A DNA stretch of 64,000 bases from Antedon mediterranea (taxonomy: Eukaryota; Animalia; Echinodermata): positions 17,904,795-17,968,794 of the forward strand of contig NC_092670.1 of NCBI RefSeq assembly GCF_964355755.1, written 5' to 3'. The notes under the pieces are model-generated. The model had not been told where the DNA came from, did not search any database, and was given only the letters and a program-made list of their open reading frames with translations. Made by a program: the position numbers and the translations under genes. Shown here piece after piece: positions 37,574 to 50,988 of the stretch. The stretch's first letter is position 1; every line of letters begins with the position of its first letter.

Positions 37574-40500
37574 GTCGTGCCCACAGATGGTTCTCGAATA
37601 CACAGTAATTTCAGCGTAACAAAACTGGCGATTTCAAATGTACGTACCGCAATACATTGTCGTTTACAGAAACGAATAAATACACACGATGATTTATGTA
37701 CTCAACTAAAATTAGCACCCTGGGAATTACTTCCGAAGGAGAAACTTATCACAAAATGAGTCAAAATTTTTGATTTGGACTCATTTAAAGAAACCCAATT
37801 TGTGTTTTGTATGTAACATTAGGGTTGAGGGATGGGAAAGCGGATAGGTACAAAGAGGAACAATTTCTTAATATATTCTTTATCCACTCAGTAACGAAAT
37901 ATTTTTTTCATGTTTTATAGTCCTATAAATAATATACCTCTAAATACAGTAAAACATTTGCGATTTAATACTTTATTTTATTTATTTATTTCTTTCTTTT
38001 AAATATTCATTGTACACTAATTTTCCCCGTGTATGGCAAGAGATTCCGAATTATATTAGAGAACATTCTTTATTTAGTTTAGTTAAAACTGTCACTGTCA
38101 TAATCGATTGAAATATTAAAGTACATGTCACGATACACCACTACGACGTTTATATTTTTGGTAATTATTATATAGATACAAACGTTGAGAAAGAACTGTC
38201 AGTATAAAGTTTATTTGTATATAATAATGTGTTTATATATCTAACAGTAGAGACTATCCACAATCTCAGTAATAAAGTTTATTTGTATATATTTTTATAT
38301 TACATCTAACAGTACGAACATTCACAGTAAGAAATGTTCGATTCAAAAATAGTTCATAGGTATTTACAGTATTGTCAAAGTATTGCAAGTTTATTCTCAA
38401 AGGGCCCATATATTTACCTACCGTATGTGTTAAACCAAGGGCTCATAAATTTACCTACTTGTGTTAAACCAAACTCTGGCAGACTGAGAGATTGGGATGT
38501 TCCATTCATCGAAAATCAATACATTTGTATAATCGTATATTAAATCTATCAACATTATGATGCTGTACTCTAGCTGTTCAACCAGTTTTCAGCTATTAAA
38601 AACAATTATCGTAGGAGGAGATAGGAAAATGCGAAGCCTCCTCGCATTTTTGTGGCGGGTATTTTTCAAGATGGACATCCATTAGACAGTGTATACCACG
38701 ATCGGAAAACACCCCTATTTGGGGCCAATCGTTGAACCTAAATTTGTTTCAATCGTCAATAACTAATTACCTAACTCAATTTAATTAGTAAACAGGGTTA
38801 TATCAGGTGGTTAAAATCAGTACCGAAAGTATGAACCAACTTTATATATCATCGAGTAAAAATTCTATAAATTAACCGAGATTTATCGAATTTTGCCCTT
38901 ACGTAAATATATATATAGATAACAATCATAATAAAAAAAAAACATAATAATATACCTAAAACAGAACATAACATAGCCCCCTAATTAAAATAAAATAACA
39001 TAACATACATGAAAACTAAAAAAAACAACTAAAAAACATAAACAAGGCTCTAAAAAAACTGAAAAACAAATATATATATATATATATATATACAGGTTGA
39101 AATTATCAGACCGTTAGGATAGAGTGCTCAATACCAAGGTAGAGCATAAATAAATAAAATAACAGCAGAAAACTTGGTTACTTCATTGTTTTAATCACTA
39201 CAATATATATATATATATATAAAAGAAAAATGTATCATACCTCCTAAAACTGTTATTAAAAAAATAGTGACGCTTTAGTAGTTATTACAGTAGTCTATGA
39301 CCATACATACATAATTGGCGTTTATATACCGTAGTAGGCCTATACTTCTTCTGTAGTTTATAAATAGTATCGCGGTAATACGTGGATTTGATTTGTCGTA
39401 TTGAAACTACATAGCAATTGGCCTTGGTTGGAGAAACACCAATCATGACTCAATAAGTAAGTGACGTATCGGTTAGTTTGCGCGTATTCATGTTTATCCA
39501 TGCATAAAACACCGTAACGTCAATCATGCATAAATGTAGCATAGGCCTACAGGAATCTATCCGGAATATTTAGTTACACAATAGTATTCATTTCTTTCAT
39601 TTACTTTTAACTGATATTTAACACCACTAAGCTACTGTATATCGTAAGCATTTCATTGTTAGACTCTTTCCACATTGTGTATTATTATTATACAAATTTA
39701 CCATTACTATTGTAAAGCTTATTGACTGATTTTATTCTACCTCTTTGGTAAAATAGACAGTTGTCACAGCAGAAGGTCGAGTACATCACTCACAAAACAA
39801 TTAACATATACTGTACAGAGAAAAACACTAATAGTTATTGGTCAACAATTAGATCACTGTTGGCATTGAGATGTATGTTTGCTGCATGGCAATCATAAGT
39901 TTATTTATTTTTTTGCGCACAGGCTTCTTTCGACCATATTTATGACTGGATTCAAGTCTGGGATATGCACTAAATTTTCTGTGCAGCAACATAATGAATG
40001 TTGTTAACGATATCTAAGCCTTTCGTCTGGAAATATTTAGTGTTTTTGATAAAGCAAAAGAGACACTGAAATCGGGCGCGATTGGGACGCCACCAAAATT
40101 TTTGTCGTAAACTTCAAACGGCGCCCCGTACCTTACAACGAAAGCAATTGCTTACGTCATGATATTCAGTCAGTCGATGCAGATGACTGATTTCGAAAGG
40201 CTGGCGCCAAAAATGGTAATTTTATGTCAAAGAATTCGGGATACAGATAGGCCTATTGTATGTTTTTTTTTCCGGGTATTAACAAATCCGGTAGCAACAT
40301 TGTTTACAAAACAAAGCTTGAACTAAAGTTCGGTATAAAACTATACAATAAAAAGACACATAGCCTAATTTTTGTTATTAGGTTCCGTGAAAATAGGATT
40401 TAAAGTCGTTTTTTAGCGGGGTTATTACCCCTTCTTTACCATACCCTCCTATACTGATGACATCATTGTTTGATTTTGATTTTTAAATTCGTATTTCATA

Positions 40501-42172
40501 GAAATTACAAACATTACATGAAATCACCAAAACGTTGAAAATGTAAATTTTAAAATCCGACATTAATATTTATACCGAACATTAAATTGAAAACGAAACT
40601 GACGTTAGAAAATCGTTATTAGTAGACCGTAGGCCTACATATATTAATTAAGTATTTAGGCCTAATGTTATATTAGTAAACAATAATGTTAGTCAATAAT
40701 ATTATTAGTTCATGTTGGGATTTGTAGGCCTACTATTATATAAAGGTTCATTACCTATTCAGTTTTCACTAAACTGACGTGAAATTTTCCTTATTAGTGT
40801 TGATGATCAAAGGGTTTCATTACATCAAAATACAATACTCTGGAGTAATAACTATCTTAGATCTTTATCTATACTTTCAAAATGAAATGTTAAAACATCA
40901 TCAAGTTAAAAAGTGCTGACACTGCCGGTAAAAACACCTTGAAAATATCCTATATGAGTAACTATTCATCATAGCAATAAGCGGTGTTATAGATCAAACG
41001 GTACAGTATACAAAACCTCGACTTCATCAGCGGTACTTTGACCGATACTCCATTTCCCTATATAAACCATACGGGAACTAACTATAATATAAAATATATA
41101 TTTTTGTTATGGTTGTGGTCGGTTGGAAGTGTAAACGCAGTACACTCCTCATTTCCGTTTATGGCTTAAACACGCGTTATACTTTATGAATTCATTTGCG
41201 GAAACATTTCTGTTAAATTTCCCTTTTTTTCGTTTTTAAACACTATACCGAATTTAATATCAAGGAAACTTTGCACTTAACCCACACCGAATTAAAGCCA
41301 ACATACTTGTTAGGTCAGTATTTTCAGAATGATGTTAATAATTATTATTGGATTAATTCTCTCTTTCACAGGAGGAAATCATTGCTAAAATGATACCTTA
41401 TTGTTTCGTAAGGCCCTATTGTATTTTGTATTGTTTTTATATTGATTTTATTGTTTTTCTTCCTTCCTCTCAATTGAATACATTGAATTTTAATAAAATT
41501 GTATACGGTATTGGGTTAAAATTATACATTGTAATTAAAATTTCAATGTCTGTACATTATAAACAGTACACAATATGTACAACAATCACGCCCACCTCAC
41601 CACACTCAAAGGTCACCGCGTATATTACGGAAATTCCCTTCTTGTTGAGATTCACGCTATATTAATTATAAGTAAGTGATTTTTATATTGCGTATTCTAT
41701 TTTTATTTTTTCAAACAAATACAAATCCAACTAACAACCGTAATGTTTACCGTAATAGTAGTACGGTAGTACGGTAACTTCGAAACGTAAGGCCATATAT
41801 TCTATAAACATTATTTCGTTCTTTCATTATGATGTAAACGGCTATTTATTTCTTTATTTAAATTTTCCAGACCGAGTCGTCACCCTACTGGATTTTCGGT
41901 GCTGTATCTCCACATACGACAATACTTTTTGTTTACAGTTTTGTACAGTATCGTAAGGAATATGCCTTAATACATCATCTAATGTGTATCATATGTGGTG
42001 CCTGTATCAATCATGTAAAAGAGATTATTGATTAGATTATTTATGATAGGCCTATGCCTACATGTGAAACGTATATGATGCTGTATTATTATTAAATAAC
42101 ATTCCCTGCGGACAATTAAACGAAGTACCGGGAAATGATATGTCAAATATATTGTACTTAATCTATCCAATT

Positions 42173-45100
42173 AACACTCGTCAGAATTATATCGGTATCG
42201 TAACTCGACTCATTTAATGCGGGAGAACACTCGTCAGAATTATATCGGTATCGTAACTCGACTCATTTAATGCGGGAGAATACTCGTCAGAATTATATCG
42301 GTACAGTAACTTGACTCATTTAATGCGGGAGAACACTCATCAGAATTATATCGGTACAGTAACTTGACTCATTTAATGCGGGAGAATACTCGTCAGAATT
42401 ATATCGGTACCGTAACTTGACTCATTTAATACGGGAGAACACTCGTCAGAATTATATCGGTATCGTAACTTGACTCATTTAATGCGGGAGAACACTCGTC
42501 AGAATTATATCGGTACAGTAACTTGACTCATTTTATGCGGGAGAATACTCGTCAGAATTATATCGGTACCGTAACTTGACTCATTTATTACGGGAGAACA
42601 CTCGTCAGAATTATATCGGTATCGTAACTCGACTCATTTAATACGGGAGAACACTCGTCAGAATTATATCGGTATCGTAACTTGACTCATTTAATGCGGG
42701 AGAATACTCGTCAGAATTATATCGGTACCGTAACTTGACTCATTTATTACGGGAGAACACTCGTCAGAATTATATCGGTATCGTAACTCGACTCATTTAA
42801 TACGGGAGAACACTCGTCAGAATTATATCGGTACCGTAACTTGACTCATTTAATACGGGAGAACACTCGTCAGAATTATATCGGTACCGTAACTCGACTC
42901 ATTTTATGCGGGAGAACACTCGTCAGAATTATATCGGTACAGTAACTTGACTCATTTAATACGGGAGAATACTCGTCAGAATTATATCGGTACCGTAACT
43001 CGACTCATTTAATACGGGAGAACATTCGTCAGAATTATATCGGTATCGTAACTCGACTCATTTAATACAGGAGAATACTCGTCAGAATTATATCGGTACC
43101 GTAACGTGACTCATTTAATACGGGAGAACACTCGTCAGAATTATATCGGTACCGTAACTTGACTCATTTAATACAGGAGAACACTCGTCAGAATTATATC
43201 GGTACCGTAACTGGATTCATTTAATACGGGGGAATACTCGCCAGAATTATATCGGTACCGTAACTCGACTCATTTAATGCGGGAGAACACTCGTCAGAAT
43301 TATATCGGTACCGTAACTGGATTCATTTAATACGGGAGAATACTCGCCAGAATTACATCGGTACCGTAACTTGACTCATTTAATACGGGAGAACACTCGT
43401 CAGAATTATATCGGTACCGTAACTGGATTCATTTAATACGGGAGAATACTCGCCAGAATTATATCGGTACCGTAACTCGACTCATTTAATGCGGGAGAAC
43501 ACTCGTCAGAATTATATCGGTATCGTAACTCGACTCATTTAATACAGGAGAATACTCGTCAGAATTATATCGGTACCGTAACGCGACTCATTTAATACGG
43601 GAGAACACTCGTCAGAATTATATCGGTACCGTAACTCGACTCATTTAATACGGGAGAACACTCGTCAGAATTATATCGGTATCGTAACTTGACTCATTTA
43701 ATACGGGAGAACACTCGTCAGAATTATATCGGTACCGTAACTGGATTCATTTAATACGGGAGAATACTCGCCAGAATTATATCGGTACCGTAACTCGACT
43801 CATTTAATGCGGGAGAACACTCGTCAGAATTATATCGGTATCGTAACTTGACTCATTTAATGCGGGAGAATACTCGTCAGAATTATATCGGTATCGTAAC
43901 TCGACTCATTTAATGCGGGAGAACACTCGTCAGAATTGTATCGGTACCGTAACTTGACTCATTTAATGCGGGAGAATACTCGTCAGAATTATATCAGTAC
44001 CGTAACTTGACTCATTTAATGCGGGAGAATACTCGTCAGAATTATATCGGTACCGTAACTTGACTCATTTAATGCGGGAGAACACTCGTCAGAATTATAT
44101 CGGTACCGTAACTTGACTCATTTAATACGGGAGAACACTCGTCAGAATTATATCGGTACCGTAACTTGACTCATTTAATGCGGGAGAATACTCGTCAGAA
44201 TTATATCGGTACCGTAACTTGACTCATTTAATACGGGAGAACACTCGTCAGAATTATATCGGTATCGTAACTTGACTCATTTAATGCGGGAGAACACTCG
44301 TCAGAATTATATCGGTATCGTAACTTGACTCATTTAATGCGGGAGAATACTCGTCAGAATTATATCGGTACCGTAACTGGATTCATTTAATACGGGAGAA
44401 TACTCGCCAGAATTATATCGGTACCGTAACTCGACTCATTTAATGCGGGAGAACACTCGTCAGAATTATATCGGTATCGTAACTTGACTCATTTAATGCG
44501 GGAGAATACTCGTCAGAATTATATCGGTATCGTAACTCGACTCATTTAATGCGGGAGAACACTCGTCAGAATTGTATCGGTACCGTAACTTGACTCATTT
44601 AATGCGGGAGAATACTCGTCAGAATTATATCAGTACCGTAACTTGACTCATTTAATGCGGGAGAATACTCGTCAGAATTATATCGGTACCGTAACTTGAC
44701 TCATTTAATGCGGGAGAACACTCGTCAGAATTATATCGGTACCGTAACTTGACTCATTTAATACGGGAGAACACTCGTCAGAATTATATCGGTACCGTAA
44801 CTTGACTCATTTAATGCGGGAGAATACTCGTCAGAATTATATCGGTACCGTAACTTGACTCATTTAATACGGGAGAACACTCGTCAGAATTATATCGGTA
44901 TCGTAACTTGACTCATTTAATGCGGGAGAACACTCGTCAGAATTATATCGGTATCGTAACTTGACTCATTTAATGCGGGAGAATACTCGTCAGAATTATA
45001 TCGGTATCGTAACTTGACTCATTTAATACGGGAGAATACTCGTCAGAATTATATCGGTATCGTAACTTGACTCATTTAATGCGGGAGAATACTCGTCAGA

Positions 45101-48100
45101 ATTATATCGGTATCGTAACTTGACTCATTTAATACGGGAGAATACTCGTCAGAATTATATCGATATCGTAACTTGACTCATTTAATACGGGAGAATACTC
45201 GTCAGAATTATATCGGTATCGTAACTTGACTCATTTAATACGGGAGAATACTCGTCAGAATTATATCGGTATCGTAACTTGACTCATTTAATACGGGAGA
45301 ACACTCGTCAGAATTATATCGGTACCGTAACTGGATTCATTTAATACGGGAGAATACTCGTCAGAATTATATCGGTATCGTAACTTGACTCATTTAATAC
45401 GGGAGAACACTCGTCAGAATTATATCGGTATCGTAACTTGACTCATTTAATACGGGAGAACACTCGTCAGAATTATATCGGTACCGTAACTGGATTCATT
45501 TAATACGGGAGAATACTCGCCAGAATTATATCGGTACCGTAACTCGACTCATTTAATGCGGGAGAACACTCGTCAGAATTATATCGGTATCGTAACTTGA
45601 CTCATTTAATGCGGGAGAATACTCGTCAGAATTATATCGGTATCGTAACTCGACTCATTTAATGCGGGAGAACACTCGTCAGAATTGTATCGGTACCGTA
45701 ACTTGACTCATTTAATGCGGGAGAATACTCGTCAGAATTATATCAGTACCGTAACTTGACTCATTTAATGCGGGAGAATACTCGTCAGAATTATATCGGT
45801 ACCGTAACTTGACTCATTTAATGCGGGAGAACACTCGTCAGAATTATATCGGTACCGTAACTTGACTCATTTAATACGGGAGAACACTCGTCAGAATTAT
45901 ATCGGTACCGTAACTTGACTCATTTAATGCGGGAGAATACTCGTCAGAATTATATCGGTACCGTAACTTGACTCATTTAATACGGGAGAACACTCGTCAG
46001 AATTATATCGGTATCGTAACTTGACTCATTTAATGCGGGAGAACACTCGTCAGAATTATATCGGTATCGTAACTTGACTCATTTAATGCGGGAGAATACT
46101 CGTCAGAATTATATCGGTATCGTAACTTGACTCATTTAATACGGGAGAATACTCGTCAGAATTATATCGGTATCGTAACTTGACTCATTTAATGCGGGAG
46201 AATACTCGTCAGAATTATATCGGTATCGTAACTTGACTCATTTAATACGGGAGAATACTCGTCAGAATTATATCGATATCGTAACTTGACTCATTTAATA
46301 CGGGAGAATACTCGTCAGAATTATATCGGTATCGTAACTTGACTCATTTAATACGGGAGAATACTCGTCAGAATTATATCGGTATCGTAACTTGACTCAT
46401 TTAATGCGGGAGAATACTCGTCAGAATTATATCGGTATCGTAACTTGACTCATTTAATGCGGGAGAACACTCGTCAGAATTATATCGGTATCGTAACTTG
46501 ACTCATTTAATGCGGGAGAATACTCGTCAGAATTATATCGGTATCGTAACTTGACTCAATTAATGCGGCAGAACACTCGTCAGAATTATATCGGTATCGT
46601 AACTTCACTCAATTAATGCGGGAGAACACTCGTCAGAATTATATCGGTATCGTAACTCGATACATTTAATACGGCAGAACACTCGTCAGAATTATATCGG
46701 TACCGTAACTTGACTCATTTAATGCGGGAGAACACTCGTCATAATTATATCGGTATCGTAACTCGATTCATTCATTCAAACTATCGTCCCATATCGCTGT
46801 TGCCCATTTTTTCGAAAGTTTTTGAAAAGATTATCCATAATCAATTATACAATTATCTTACAAAATGTAAAGTGTTAAGCAACAATCAATATGGATTTAG
46901 AAACAAACACTCAACTTCTCATGCTATGATCGACTTGGTCCATAAAATATTAAATGCATTTGAAAAAAGGAATATGCACTTACTACCTTTATGGATTTGT
47001 CAAAAGCGTTTGACATTATCGATCACAGTATTCTGTTGAGCAAATTGGCGCATTATGGTATAAGAGGCATCGTTTTAATGTGGTTTAGAAACTATTTAAG
47101 TGGCCGCAAACAATATGTTTATGCCAACGGTAGATCATCATGTTTAAAAGACACCAATATAGGGGTGCCACAGGGTTCTGTTTTAGGACCACTTTTGTTT
47201 TTAATTTACATCAATGATATAAGTCGAGCAAGTAGTAAAATAGATATAATTAGTTTTGCTGACGACACAACTTGTATAACAAGGGGAGATGACCCTACAA
47301 TGTTAAACCATACTATGAATATTGAACTAGAAAAAATAAACGTATGGCTTAAAGCAAATAAGCTGTTACTGAATGTCAGCAAAACTAATTACGTTGTTTT
47401 TAGAACTAACCAAAAGAACTTTGACAAAAACCAGTTTAAAATAAAAATGAATAATGTGTTATTACATAGAAAAGAAAATGTGACATTTCTAGGTGTAATT
47501 TTAAACGAAAATCTTAACTGGAAACATCACATACAGCTTATTAGGAAAAAAATGTCTAGGGCAATTGGTATACTTTTAAAAGTAAGAGAATTCTTTCCTT
47601 ATAAAGTCCGTATTAGTCTTTATAACACCTTAGTATTACCTCACCTTCAGTATGGTAACTTAATATGGGGAAATACATACAAGAGCACGTTAGAAGTAAT
47701 ACTAAAACTCCAAAAGAGAGCTGTAAAATGCATTACCTTCTCTAAATCCAGACAAGCCCCAGAGCCACTGTTTAAGAAACTAAAAATATTAAACGTTTAT
47801 GATATTTACAAAGTAAACGTCATAGGATTTATGGCAAACGTAAAATTCAATGAATTACCACATCACATTTTAAATATTTTTAATTACTGTGACAGTATTA
47901 GGCCTACTCATAACCTCAGAACAGAAACTGAATTCGAAATTCCCTTCACAAGACTAACTTGCAGTCAACAGTTTATACACATATATGGACCAAAATTGTG
48001 GAAAGAATTCACTTGTAATGGTGGTAATAAACCGGTTATCTTAAAGAAACAAAATAAATGTATAAAAAAACAGGTTAAAAAATACTTTTTATCACTATAT

Positions 48101-48382
48101 GCTGATTAACAGCTGTTTATTTAAGTTCTATATACTTGTTCTTATGTAAAAGGGTCCTACAAAAAAACGAAGCTACAGCTTTTTTATGCAGGATCCCTGT
48201 TTTCAGTTGTACTGTAATTATGATGTACTGTAATTGATGACTAAATAAATGTGGAATAAATGAAATGAAATTTAATACGGGAGAACACTCGTCAGAATTA
48301 TATCGGTACCGTAACTTGACTCATTTAATGCGGGAGAACACTCGTCAGAATTATATCGGTACCGTAACTTGACTCATTTAAT
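42173..48382. repeat. 53-bp satellite: ~87 copies (42173-46770) plus ~2 copies (48271-48382) beyond the LINE insertion
   Basis: Unit ACTCGTCAGAATTATATCGGTA(T/C)CGTAACT(T/C)GACTCATTTAAT(G/A)CGGGAGAA(C/T); period 42181 to 42234. Confidence 0.97.
46771..48270 (+). mobile_element. 5'-truncated non-LTR retrotransposon (L2/Crack/CR1 group), RT and 3' UTR
   Basis: NYRPISLLPIFSKVFEK, QYGFR, a frameshift in an A-run near 46965, then DLSKAFD, GVPQGSVLGPLLFLIYIND and FADDT. 3' UTR stem-loop and (TGAAA)n tail. Inserted inside the 53-bp satellite. Confidence 0.92.
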
Positions 48383-48676
48383 AAATGCCATGTATGACAT
48401 AACCTTAAATCACTTGAGTTTTAATTGCAGGCAATATTTGTCTTTAAAAAAATTTAATCAATACCTTGAAAAATATACAGTAGGCCTAATTAGTTTTAAA
48501 TTACAATGAAAATTGTTGACATTTTGGAAAGTGGAACGTTTAATAGTCTGTACAACAGGCGCACGCAGGCAGGTAATTGGATCTGAATATTGACAAGCAA
48601 ACGACATACAGAAACGAAGTGGTAACGGACACGTACACATGAAAATAGTAGGCTGATATTGTTGTTCTTGTTGAAA

Positions 48677-49636
48677 ATGGAAACAAACTATACAGATACT
48701 GCGGCGTCTCCACATATCGCCATTATGTTCCTACGAACATTCGCTATCACAGTCTGTACTTGTCTTGTAATTGGCGGGAACATTATAAGTATTATTGTTC
48801 TTAGACGACTGAAAACCTTGCCTGACGTCACCAAGATCTTTCTATTGTCACTTGCACTAGTAGATCTGTTCACCGGGATGTTTAATACAATATTTTCAAT
48901 CATCCCTTCGATTACGTTATCATGGCCGTATGGAGATGCAATGTGTAAAGCTATTAGTCTCTCTAGTAGCATGTTTTATGGCATCTCTTTATTCTCTTTG
49001 TTGGCAATCAGTGTGGACCGTTACATTGCTATATCAAAACCTCTTCACTACCCACTTGTAGCAACCAGGCAACGAGCTATCTGTGTCGTCATCAGTACCT
49101 GGTTCGTCACATTTGTTATCGCAGTGGCATCACTTTTTTACAAAGAAGGTCAATTTGCTTACAATCCAAATTTCTGTAACTGCATAATTCAATGGGGTGA
49201 TCCAGATTTTAAATCATGGAACCTGACAGTGATGTTTGCTTTTATATTAATCCCTAGCACTGGTATGTTACTACTTTACACCAGACTTTTCTTCGTCAGT
49301 AGAGCCCACGTGCGTAGGATTTCTGATACGCTCAAGTCACATCCGGGTACTGGTATATCGAGAAACGACTTGAAAGCACTAAAGACGATGTTTATCATAA
49401 CGGGCGCGTTTAACATTGCCTGGTTGCCGTTTCTGATTGCTCATTCGTACATGACAATCACTGGTAAACACATCAATAACACTTTAGAGTTTTTTATTAT
49501 ATATTTACTGATATTGAACAGTTGGTGGAACGTGGTGATATACACAGTCACTAACCGTACATACAGACAAGCAGTTGGCGGCATTTTTAAATCGTTATTT
49601 CCATGTTATTTCAAGAACCGCGCTCAGGCTACCTAA
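48677..49636 (+). CDS. Intronless class A (rhodopsin-like) orphan GPCR, GPR21/GPR52- or TAAR-like, 319 aa
   Basis: Seven hydrophobic segments; GN (TM1), LALVD (TM2), WPYG..C, DRY, AWLPF, NSWWNVVIY; N-terminal NYT sequon. The true ATG is at 48677; the ORF track starts at an upstream TTG. Confidence 0.92.
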   Translation: METNYTDTAASPHIAIMFLRTFAITVCTCLVIGGNIISIIVLRRLKTLPDVTKIFLLSLALVDLFTGMFNTIFSIIPSITLSWPYGDAMCKAISLSSSMFYGISLFSLLAISVDRYIAISKPLHYPLVATRQRAICVVISTWFVTFVIAVASLFYKEGQFAYNPNFCNCIIQWGDPDFKSWNLTVMFAFILIPSTGMLLLYTRLFFVSRAHVRRISDTLKSHPGTGISRNDLKALKTMFIITGAFNIAWLPFLIAHSYMTITGKHINNTLEFFIIYLLILNSWWNVVIYTVTNRTYRQAVGGIFKSLFPCYFKNRAQAT

Positions 49637-50259
49637 AGTTATTAACTTGAATTCGTTTGTAAAGAAACGAAAAAATTGATACTTCAAAAGCAGTAGATTG
49701 TAACATTTACAGTTGGACCTAGCGTAAAGCGGAGACCCCTCTCGGGCCCGGGAGTGTCCGCTTACAGGAGGTGCCTCTACGGAACATTTTGATACCTGAT
49801 ATTTTACGTGTATCGAGTTGCTCTCACTTTTCCATGAATTGTAAAATATTTATATTTCATTACACATTATTTAAAATCCCCTGTTGGTTCAGCCATGGAG
49901 GAAAAAATGTATTTCCTCCATTGTTAAGCGATATATGATATCTGATACATATATGATGGCTGTTTGTCTCTTATAGAGAGTTGTGTACATACGGATGTAA
50001 GACAACACTTTGTGATAGAAATACATTTACGCAGAGTATATTTCCTTAAATTATTTCAACCCAAAACGCAAATTACTGACAAATTGACAATGCTGTGGGT
50101 ATCAGTGGATATATCTCAATGGAAATGCAAAATAAAACAAGCTAAAAAGCTAAATCAAAACAATAAAGTAAAACATCCAGAAAGATTTGCAGAACTTTCA
50201 TGCAACAATAGCCCTTCATCAGTGCAAATGAATTATAATTTCAAATATATTGACTTTGT

Positions 50260-50425
50260 TTAACTAGTTAGCCTACTAGTTAAACTAGTTAGCTTTTTTT
50301 CTTTTTTATTTATTTATTTTAAACTAGTAAGCCTAGTATAGTTAACTAGTTAGCCTACTAGTTAAACTAGTTAGCATATAAGTTGAACTAGTTAGCCTAC
50401 TTTAAACTAGTTAGCCTACTAGCCT
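50260..50425. repeat. Short palindromic-unit repeat (AACTAGTTAGCCTACTAGTT)
   Basis: Directly visible reiterated ACTAGT cores. Confidence 0.8.
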
Positions 50426-50787
50426 TCTTTAAACATGTATTCATTATTTTAGTTCACATCTTGAACTAAACGATTTTCGATGAAAAAACGATCGAATATA
50501 TTACACTACCTCATAATGGGTTATTTATTCTAAGAGTGCTGAATACAAATTGTCTTTTGTTCTGTGTAGAAGTCCAACGATTCGTCTGCCCCTTCACGAC
50601 CAATACCAGACGATTTAACGCCGCCGAACGGCATCCGAAGATCACGAACTAACCAGCAATTCGACCACACTGTACCAACCTTAGAAAAAGAACAAGAATA
50701 TGATATAATACATGAAGAATGTACTGACGAAGAAATAGAGAAAGGCAGATAATATACAGAATATATAAAGAATTATAATGGTGGTAA

Positions 50788-50988
50788 TAAAGGCCAATTT
50801 AGGCACAGATGAGCAGTAACGGTAGGCCTAACACAAATATAGAATCTATGTTATTCCTTATGACAATTTACACACGACGCGGAGTGGGCGAGGGGGCCGT
50901 TTCCGCTCAGTAGATATAGATTCTACGTGGGACAAGGTACGTGATTGTCTGCTTACCGTTACCGCTCGTCTGTGTAAATTAGCCTTTA
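50788..50988. mobile_element. PIF/Harbinger-like MITE
   Basis: TAAAGGCCAATTTAGGCACAGATGAGCAGTAACGGTA ... TACCGTTACCGCTCGTCTGTGTAAATTAGCCTTTA inverted termini. Confidence 0.7.

Noticed and set aside
46710-47039. Novel satellite-RT fusion protein
   Set aside because: Chance open frame across the insertion junction, starting at TTG and ending at a frameshift.
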